Shown in pieces: positions 37,026 to 46,920 of a stretch of 64,000 bases of DNA. Position numbers and translations under genes: made by a program. Position 1 is the first letter of the stretch, and every line of letters begins with the position of its first letter. Origin of the DNA: Rhizaria sp. SCN 62-66 (Eukaryota); assembly GCA_001724265.1 (NCBI GenBank), contig MEDY01000083.1:1-64000 (forward strand), given 5' to 3'. The notes beneath the pieces were generated by a model, which made no database searches, was not told the origin of the DNA, and was given only the letters and a program-made list of their open reading frames with translations.

Positions 37026-37032
37026 CGCTTAA

Positions 37033-37041
37033 TTTTTTTTT
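37033..37041 (+). terminator. Oligo-T Pol III terminator of tRNA-Val
   Basis: T-run 8 nt downstream of the tRNA 3' end. Confidence 0.8.
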
Positions 37042-38542
37042 GCTTCTGCGACTTCCGCAACCAGGCGCATCAGCAAGGCGCTCATGACCATTTTTTTTTG
37101 CAACCCCCGGCGCTCTCCGACCCCGCGACGATAACTTTCAGTCACTTCTGGCGCTCTGTCAGTGCTCAGCGGTGTCACGCTATGTAACACTGTGCTGCTT
37201 GTTGTTTGTAAACAGTTGACCTGCGAGCAGTGATCCTGTCCAAATATGGATATGGGGCAGATATCAAGTGCTGGGAAGCTGCTGTCAATGTTCCGCCGTT
37301 GTACATGTCCAGCATTTACATTTCCTGTTAATACTTGCATTCCGTGTTCAGCTGGCGCGTGTACCGCGCTGTTGCCAGTCGGTAGCGCACGAACTGTGTG
37401 TAGTTTCCGCGCACGGCTGTTGGTCCCCTTTTCGCCGCGCCGCTCTTTCTTACCCCCGTAAGACTCGCGCCGACTTTGCGCTATTTCTCTCATCACTTCT
37501 AATATCACTCTGTGCGGCCGCCGTCGGCGCCCTCGCACTTTGGTACTAGTACTGTTGACACGCGCTTTGCTTCCTTTCATCTTGCGCCACGCGCGTGCTT
37601 GACTCATATGTTTGTGTTTGCGCTTCCGTCGCCGCTCTTCGCCACAGTCGCCGCCGCCTCTCATTGTCGCTGCCGCACTCTGCTGCCGCTTCCGCGTCGC
37701 AGCTCTTCGCTTCCCCGGCCACGCCACGACTCTGACAGCCCTTGTCACTCCTCGCCGTCGACTCCGCCTTAAAAGCGGCCCGCTTGCACCTACCGGCTTA
37801 TCTGCGCATTTATAGTCAACACCGGCGTCGGCAACTGTTTGCTTTGAGAACGCGCATTGTGTTACGGTCGTATCTATGCACATGCAGTTTCCTTTTGCGA
37901 AATCCGTCGCGCTACCCGCAAACGTCGCGGGTAATAAAAAAATGCGTTTAAGCACATAAAAACGACGCAGCGCGCTTGATAACGAGCACGTGGACGAAGC
38001 TATGGTGCCACTTGTAACTGGTTTGAGCTTGAAGAACCAAACCTGCGAGCACTAGATCACTGTCAGCGAAGTGGTTTTTTAAGGCAAAAGATCAAAATCA
38101 AGTGTGTATTAACAATACTCTATATTAAGCAGTTCAAACAAAGTTGAGCTTATTTTTTTGAGGTATAACTACCTCTTATCGAAGCACGTGCATCATCATA
38201 CATTTTTCTCGACACTGTAGGCAAGATATACTTGGCTGAGTAAACATTTCTACATCAATTAAACTTGAATTACAAAGCATCATAGTGTCAACATAATATA
38301 GCAAAGTTCAAGGCAATTATATAATGTTTTCATGGAGATATCCTTCAGAAACTGTCTCTGAACAGACCCGTTACAGCGTGACCGAGGGTGACTGTGGGCT
38401 GGCCCTCGCGAAAGGCAGAAGAGGACAGTTAGAAGACCGCGAGTCCGGGTGTTCGCAAGTCTGTTTGTATCTAGCGTATGTGATCGTCGCTTGCGTTTGT
38501 TTACCGCTCACAAGTTTTTTTATTTCTTTTGGTTCTTTTTAG

Positions 38543-41500
38543 ATGTTTTCTCGCACCGTAACTGCGTGTCGGGGGGCATTCCATGGCCCGATTCAGATGC
38601 CGGCCCAGCCTCCGCGTCTGACTCCCTCCTCCTCGTCTTTCTCGTCGTCCCCAAACAACCGCCGTGGCGGAAACGCTGAGGAAGCGTCCTCTGCCATGGT
38701 TTCCCGCGTCGAGAACTCTCTCCGCTCTATGCTGCGCACCACCACGCCTGCTGCGGAGGCCCTCGTCTCGAGTCTCCCTGCGCTCAAGCGCGCTGCTCTG
38801 CGCGACACGATGACCGAGACCGACGGCTCCTCTCTGTCGGCCTCCTCCGCGGGCGCCGCCTCGGGCATCTCCTACGTCGAGCGCGTGGACCGGCTTGCGC
38901 AGCTGCCGCGCGTCGACGGCGTGCGCTCCCCGCTCGTCGCCGACGCCCTGGACGAGGCCGCGCTGCACCGCGCCGCGCACCAACTCGGCGCGCGCGTCGT
39001 CGCGCTCGACGCCTCGGGCAAGCCCGTCAACAAGCTTGTCGGCGGTGGAGAGGCCGTGCTGCTCGAGAGGCGCCGCGCGAACGCCGCCGCCGCGCTGGCC
39101 GCCGTCTCTCGCCAAAGCAACAGCACCACTGACGTCGAAAACGATAATCAAGGGGACAACGACCCGACGTCTCAGAGCGCGAGCGCTCGTCTTGACTCCG
39201 ACTCGGCGCCGTTCGCAGCAGCCTCAGACTCCACCGACAACAATACCAGCGTTAGCTCCAGCTCTAGCTTCAGTTATAGCGCCGTTGCCTCGAGTGCGAG
39301 TGGCGACCACGCCGACGCGCCTCGTGTGGACCCCGACTGGAGCGCTGATTTGCTCGAACTGGGGCTCTTTGACTCGCAGGTCAAGCAGCAGCACCTGACC
39401 GACGGCGCGACCTTTGCGCTCACGCACAAGTCGCAACAATACCATGAGAATGAGAATGACGACGATGAGGCTGGTTATGGCTTTGATAGCAACAGTGTGA
39501 ACAATAACACGTCGTCGTTTTCGGGCTCGTTGCACGCCGAGCGCGACGCTAACGCCGCGAGTGCGGCCCGCGGCGCACAGTTCTCCCTTCCCCCGAACCC
39601 GAGCAGCAGCAACAGTACCAAGAGCGGTGCGAAGCAAGTCTCGTCTTCCGCGAGCGCGTCCTAGGACGCTCGGTCGAGCGCCTCGCACTTGGACGACGGG
39701 TCCAAGGGGCCCGTTCTCTACACCACCCGCACGCCGGCCTCGCTGCCCATCACAGCTCGCCTCAACGAGTCCATCTCCTCTGCATCCAACGACAGTAACA
39801 CTTCTACCAACGGCTCGCTGAGCGCCGCAGTGCGGAAGACTCTCGCGCCCGCGCTGTCGTCGTCCGCCGCGCTGCCCGACGGCGTGTCCCCGTCGGACGC
39901 GGTCTTCACGCACGGCCTCATCCTGAACCCCGACGCCGTCTCGGCCTCGGCGTCCTCAGTGGCCACGGTCCCCGCGGAGGCCGTGGAGCGCGCGCACCGC
40001 GAACGCATCCGCGACACGCTGCGCGGCTTCGCGGCCGCCCGCCGGCGCGGCGAGCTACGGCGCGACGACGGCAGCGCCATGACGGTCCGCGAGGCCGCCG
40101 CCGCGCTGGGCGTCAATGTGCGCGGGCAAAAGGCGCTGCGCCGGCTCGAAGAGACAGGCGAGGTGCCCAAGGAAGCGATCCCTGCGCTGCCGACCACGCG
40201 CGAGGTCTCCAAGTCCTACGGTAAGCTGCTGGTGCGCACTCTGCACGACGTGGCCGCGGTGGTGGCCGAGGTGGGCGAGAGCGCGGCGACGGGCGGGCAG
40301 CGCGAGTGGGTCGACAAGGCCTCGGGCCGCACGGTCATGCTCCCACCCTCGGACGGCGAGACGACGGCGCACCTGCCGCCGCCGCTAGCCGCGGCCGTCG
40401 AGTCTGCCGAGAAGGTGTTCAACTCGTTCGTGCTGACGGCCCCGCTGGAGGCGACGCACTACGCGATGATGATGACGTTGTACGGGCGCGTCGACATGCC
40501 GATCAAGGCCGCGGCCGCGTTTGACGCGCTCCGAGCCTCGGACTCGGCCGTGCCAGACACGGTCGCGTTCAACGTCATGCTGGGCATCATGGTGCGCGCC
40601 AACAAGGTCGCCGCGGCGTGCCAGCTGTTCGAGGAGATGCGCAGCATGGCGCACGTCACGGGCGCCTCCCCCGACGCCGTGACCTACACCACCGTCATCT
40701 CCGCGCTGGGTAAGATCGCCGACCGCGCTGGCGCGCTGACGGTTTTCTCGCAGATGCGCAAGGACGGCATCGCACCCACCGTGCCCGCGTGGACGGCTGT
40801 GATCGATGCCATGTGCCGCGCCAACGACTTCAAGGCCGGACTGCGGCTTCTGCACGACATGCGCGAGTCGGGCTCGGTGCCCACCGCGGGCACCTACCGC
40901 GCCGTCGCCGTCTCGTCCTGCCGCGCGGGCCACGTCAAGCTGTTCCTTGCGCTGGCTGAGCAGATGCGGCGCGACGGCCACGCGCTCGACCCCGTCCTGC
41001 TCGCTTCCGTCATCCGCGGCTTCGGCGAGGCGGGCAAGGCGCTGGAGGCCATCCGCGTGCACCGGCAGCTCTCGCTGGGCGCCTTCGGGCCGGAGCTGCG
41101 GCCGACGCAGCTGACGTACAACGCGCTGCTCGAGACGCTCGCGGACCCGCACGCGTGGGGCAAGCTGTCGCTGCCGCCGCTCGCGCTCGACGCCGGCATG
41201 CAGGTGCTGCAGGAGGGCATCCTGTCGGGCATTTTCCCGTTCCCGTACGAAACGCGCGATCAGAGCGGTGTGCTTGACTTGAGGCCGTACCACCGCAACG
41301 CCGTGCTGTTCCCCATTCACCTGTTTCTGAACTTGTTGGTGTCGCCGATGCTGGTTTCTGCGGACCGCGTGGCGCGCATGCCGTCGACGATTGCACACGT
41401 AGACCGGTCCTCCGACTTCGTCTTCAGCTCCGTGGCGATCCCCCGGCGCGGCGTGCTGATGCTGGGCGCGCGCGAGGCCCGCAAGCCGTGGTCGGCCGCG

Positions 41501-42094
41501 CCGCGGCCGATGCCGTACAACGCGGGCGGGAAGCTGCGCGCGCACGGCGGCGTGGTGCACGACCCCGTGCTGCTGCAGGACGAGGCGGCGCGGCCGTCGC
41601 GCGAGTACATCGAGAACGTGCTTAAGTCCACGCGGCCCTGGGTGCACTCGCAGCGGCTGAACCAAAACGCCTGCGCCGTCATGGTCGCTACTGCCACGCT
41701 CCAGTTTTGGGTCAAGGACCAGTTCCGCCGGCTCGAGATTTCCAAGCACCACGCCGCCGTCATGCAGCAACACTCTCAGTCGCAGTCGCAGTCCGCCAGT
41801 AGTCGCGCCAACGCGGCCATTGCGAGCGCGGCGGCCAGCAACGGCAACAGCGCGAACAGCGCTAACGCCAGCGTCAGCGCTAGCGCTAGCGCGAGTGCGA
41901 GTACGGGTGCGGGTGCGAAGAAGAAGGTCCGTTTGACTGAGCGCGAGAAGGCGGCGCTGACGAACGAAACGGCGTCGCCATACGCGCAGCTGCAGCGCGG
42001 GCGCAAGCTCCGCCTGGAGGATGTTGCGGAAGCGGTGGTTGTGGCGACTGCGGAGCGAAAGACACAGGGACGGCAGAGGAAAAACGACTATTAA
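38543..42094 (+). CDS. Pentatricopeptide-repeat protein, probably mitochondrial, single exon with one in-frame TAG (~1,183 aa if read through)
   Basis: ORFs 38543-39664 and 39689-42094 share a frame and are separated only by TAG at 39662-39664. PPR motifs PDTVAFNVML, PDAVTYTTVISALGK, PTVPAWTAVIDAMCR, PTQLTYNALL. N-terminus MFSRTVTACRGAFH. Stop TAA. Confidence 0.85.
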
Positions 42095-42703
42095 CTCAGC
42101 AGTGACAACTAATGCTAAAGTATGACTACATTCTTTTACTAAGAAAGCAAGTTGTACAAGACGATTAACGATCTAATAGCCCTTATTTATTCTTAATTTT
42201 ATTAAAAGATAAGTGAATTAACTTATTTTTGTTGTGGATATACACAATTCTATTTATTTGTTCTTCATCTCTCTCATGTTTTTGTGTGTTAATGTTACGC
42301 CACTGACCTTTGGCATAGTATGTCTTACTTTTCTGGGAGTGTGCGCTTTAAAAATTAGCTAGATACTGTATAATAGATTCAATATTTCCTTAAAAATATG
42401 TTAATAGATCCATTCAGACTTGTATTCTTTCCCGAGATATTGTTTTGTTATATTTCGGACCATATCTTAATGCACACCTGTATTCTTTGCTCGGCGATTG
42501 CGGCCACCAACGGCTGGGGCGGGAAAGGTGGTCAATATCGCGCCAGGAATGTCTCGCTCCACGATCGAACATTTGGCATAAGACACAACTTTGGAGTATT
42601 TAAACGAATTGAGATATACATATTTTTACTAATGTATCAAAGGTCACAATCTAACCCTGTCATCCACACACTTTTGATTCGTCCTGAATCACTCTTTTCG
42701 CAG

Positions 42704-45700
42704 ATGTCGAGCAACAGCAGCGGCGGTGGCGGCGACGCGCCCCGCTCTGCGGCCGCAGGCCAGGCGGCATCGAGCTCACGCAACTACCACAGTGAGGCCG
42801 TCCGCGACGACTGGGATACTCCTCAGTCCTACAACAACACGAACAAAGACAACAGCGGCGTGGCTCCTGCTCCTCGCGGCTACGGCCAGGAGAACCCTGC
42901 CTCTGGCGGCGGCGGCGGCGGCGGCTACGGCTCTGGCGGCCGCAACGCTCCCGGCGGTGGTTATGGCAACAACACCAACCCACGCAACTCCTACGGCGGC
43001 GGCGGCGGCGGCGGTCGCGGCGGCTACGGACAGCAGCAGCAGCCGCCGCCGTTCCAGCAGCAGCCCCGCGGCCCGCCTTTCTACCCTCCGCAGCAGCAGC
43101 ACCAGCAGCACCCGCAGCATTTTCAGCAGCAGCAGCAGTACCAGTACGGTGGTCCGCAGCAGCACCACCAGCAGGGCCCGGGCCAACAGTACTTTAACAC
43201 ACACGGTCAGTACCCTCCTCAGCACCAGCAGCACCAGCAGCAGCAGTACGGCCGCCCTACCTACCACGGCCACGGCGGCCACGGCCACGGCGGCGGCGGC
43301 TACCAGCAGCAGCACCCCCGCGGGCCGCCCCCGTCCTCGATGCCCCCCGCGGCGGCGGCGGCGATGAACGCCGCCGTGGCCGCGGCCCCCGCCATGCACC
43401 CGCTGCTCGAGGGCGTTGCGCGATCGAACCCCTCCGTGCCGCTGCCGCCGATGCCCGCGCCACTGGCGTACAACCCCGCCGCCAGCGCCGCGGGCTCGGC
43501 GGGCCCCGCGGGCGCGCGCGGGGGCGCGTACGGGCAGACGGGTCCCGAGTGGCACGGCGGCCGCCAGCACCACAAGCACCAGTTCAAGGACGCCTCGCGC
43601 CTGCTGCTGCGCGACGTGGCCGACGCCGCGCGCATCGGCGGTGTGTCTGCGGCGCCCAACGCGGGCGCGGACCCGCTGCCGCCGCCCGTGCTGGCGTGGG
43701 CGCTGGCCGAGCTGGCGGCGCGCGAGAGGGATTGGCGTGCTGCGGCTGACGCGGCGCGCAGCGCGGCAGAGGCGGCGCGCGCCGCGGCGCTGAAGGAGAA
43801 GGAGGCGGGCTCGAGCAAGCCGGCCAGCGCTTCGAGCGAGAGCGCTAGTTCTGACGCTTCGAAGTCTGAGGAGACCCAGGAACAGACTGGGACTGAGGCT
43901 GACACGACTCCGAAGTCCGAGACTGACAAGGCGGAGGCCAAGACTGAGATGTCCGACGCCAGCGACAACAGCGAGAACAGCAAAAAGACCGACTCCAAGG
44001 ACGCCTCTGCCGCTGCCGCTGTTGCTGTTGCGACGACTCCCGAGGAGCGTCTGGCGGCGAGCAAGGTCGCGCTGCTGGCGGAGCTGCCCGCCGACTCGCC
44101 GTACCACGCGCTGGGCGTGCTCGACGCCGTGCTCGACATGCTGCGCACGTTCCGCGGCTACACGCGCGCGCCGGGGCTTTCGCTGCCGTTCCTGCAGTTC
44201 CTGGAGGCCAAGTTCCCCATCAACCCCGTGGTGATGCTCTACTGCCTCATCCGCATCGCCGTGCGCTACCCCGTCGCACCTGTGGTCAAGGCCTACATCG
44301 CGCTGCAGGCGAGCCCGAGCGAGTTCGTCAACCTGCCGATCCCGACTGAGGACTCGTGGTTCATCCACCGCGCCGTGTGGGAGGGCGACCGCGCCGTGGT
44401 GCGCGCGCTGGCATCGTTCGGCGCCATCACAAACCGCTACAACCAGTACGGCGAGCACCCCGTCCAGGTGATTAACTCGCGCCTCGAGCAGCAGACCGAG
44501 GCTGGCCGTCGGCCGTACAACCCTTTCTGGTTCGAGGCGAACTACGCGCCGCAGATCACGCGCGCGGACGTCGACGCCATGCGCGGCGTGCTGCAGGAGA
44601 CGCTCTTCAGCGGCGCCGGTCCGCGTGCGCCGGATGCGGTGCTGCTCGAGTCGATGAAGCAGGCCGAGCTGGAGAGCACCACGCTCTGGCTGCAGAGCAT
44701 CCTTGCCGACGGCAAGAAGAAGGCCGCCGCCGCCGCTGCCGCGGGCACTGGCGCGCGGTCTGGCGACGCCGCTGAGGGCGACGCCGAGGGCGCGGAGGCC
44801 AAGGCGGAGGGCGACGAGGGCGTGATCACGCAGAACCACGTGTTTGTGTACGGCATCCCGTTCGAGTACCCACTCGCGGACATCAAGTCGTGGTTCTCCG
44901 CCTGCGGTGAGATCACGCGCATGCACGCCTTTGTCAATAAGGGTTCATTCACCGACGTCAAGGAGGTACGTGGACTTCAGCGAAGCTATAAGTCGAACTG
45001 GGTCTTGGAATGAAACTTGTGTTTTTGTTTGTGATGTGATTGTTCTGCAAAAAACTTGTTCATACTATTGCATTCTTACACATTACACGCATTGTATTCT
45101 CCTGATTGTTTTGCTATATCTTTTAGAACAAGAACAAGAGCGGCGCCAAGGACGCTGAGGACGGCACGGTGCAGCTGCGCCACCTCGGCGAGTGCGTCAT
45201 CGAGTTCGCGGATCCCGTCTGCGTGGCCAAAGCGCTTACGTACGACAAGTACCCGCTGTTGACGCGCACTATGCACGTCACGCTGACGCGCCCCACAGCG
45301 GTGCAGCGCAAGGCATGGACGTACGTGACTGCAAACTTCTTCTAACTTAACGTTGATCATTTTCGGATTTTTATTTCTTTATTTAAACTTACACCTTGTT
45401 ATTAAATAACAAAGAGCTATTTTCACTTGAAATCACCCCTAAATATATCTCACAACACACTTATTGATTTGTCAACCGCTGTGATTCTGTCTAGCGCCGA
45501 GGCCCGGGCGAAACGCGTGGCTGACCAGGACTCGACCCTGACGGCCTCCGAGCGCCAGCAGCACGCCGCGGCGACTGCGCGGCCGCTGGGCGAGATCAAG
45601 GCCGAGGCGGCGGAGCGCATGCAGCTTGCCAAGGAGCGCGCCGCCAAGCGCGCCGAGAAGGCCGCTCGCAAGAAGGAGGCCAAGCGCGCCGCCAAGGCCG

Positions 45701-46662
45701 CGCAGGACGAGGCTGCCTCCGGCGCCAGCGATGCCAAGAAGGACACTGCTGTTGCTGCTGCTGCTGCTGCTGCTGCTGGTGCGAATGCCGGCGCTGCGGC
45801 TGCGGGCGACAACGCGCCCGAGTGGGTAGGCGCGCTCGCGACGTCGCCCGTGCAGACGCACGTGTTCGTGCTCAACTTCCCGTTCGAGACCGACTTCGCG
45901 GTCGCGATCCTGCCGCGGCTCCGCGCCGTTGCTGACGTCGTGTGCTACCACGTGCCCACGCGCGCGCTGCGCCCCGGGTCCGCGTTCGACCAGCGCATCC
46001 TGGCCAACCTGCCACCCGGCACCGAGAGCGTGCACCGCAGCCAGGCCGTCGTACAGCTCGCGACGCCGCTGGACGTGCGCGCTGCGGTGCTCGCGCTCGA
46101 CGGCGCAGACGCGGGTGGCGGCCGCGAGATGCGCGTTGTGCGCGCGCGCGCCGACGCGACCAAGCTCACCGCGGACAAGAACAAGGCGCGCGAGCATCAC
46201 GGCGGCGCTGGCGCTGGCGGCAGTGGCGACGCCAACGCGGGCAAGGGCAAGAAGGGCGGTGCGAACAAGTCCGGTAACAACAAGGGCCTGTTTGCGGAGC
46301 TGCCGTCGACCAACGTGGCGCTCAAGAAGAAGGGCCGCTCCGGCGGCGCTTTCGGCATCACCGGCGACAACGCGTTCGCGGCCTCTGTGGACGCCGCGGC
46401 CGGCGTGATGGGGACCGGCTTCGTGCCGCTCAGCGAGGTCGACTTCACTGCGCTGGGCAACAGCGCGGCCGGCGGTGAGTCGTCGCCCGTGTTTAGCTAC
46501 GGCGCCGCTGCCGCGGGCGGCGAGCAGCAGCGTGTGAAGCGCGCCAGGACCAAGGCAGGCCCGGGCTCGGCTGCGAGCGACGGCGAGGACGAGGTCGAGC
46601 TCGCGAAGCCTGTCGCAGTAGAGGAAGGCGAGGTTGAGGGCGAGGGCGAGTTCTACCTTTAA
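42704..46662 (+). CDS. RNA-binding protein with a G/Q/Y-rich N-terminus, an ankyrin-like repeat and two RRM domains, 3 exons
   Basis: Exons 42704-44965, 45127-45320, 45495-46662 join in frame. RRM1 HVFVYGIPFEY...GECVIEF; RRM2 HVFVLNFPFE...QAVVQL; ankyrin-like FIHRAVWEGDRAVVRALASFGA...GEHPV. Stop TAA. Confidence 0.82.
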
Positions 46663-46920
46663 AACGAGTTCTTTTAACAAAGGACTTGAGTATGGCTTGA
46701 AGTGATATTGCATTGCAATTGTTGAGCTTGATTGAGTTCATGCTCACATGTGATGCCAGTCAATGATATTGTTTTGCGTTGTGTAATTGTATAATAAGAA
46801 AGAAATAAAGTGTATTATAGTTATTATTCAAGTCAAAATGATAATGTGATTGTCGTCTATATGTAAAAAGTGAAGAAAGTCTTCATGTGTGTGAGTTTAA
46901 AATGAGTCTGTTGTGGTAAC

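Noticed and set aside
37029-37955. 308-aa minus-strand ORF next to the tRNA
   Set aside because: Lacks the genome's codon bias and any domain motif, and reflects pyrimidine-rich plus-strand sequence; likely spurious.
42398-42703. Extended N-termini in the ORF track (42398, 1790, 7928, 26739, 33192)
   Set aside because: They run through AT- or pyrimidine-rich non-coding sequence upstream of the acceptor-like AG; the ATG after it fits better.
42776-44926. Long antisense or alternative-frame ORFs over real genes (e.g. the 716-aa minus ORF here; also 40385-41773, 47242-48588, 786-1784)
   Set aside because: Shadow ORFs expected from high GC3 and stop-poor opposite strands; no recognisable domains.
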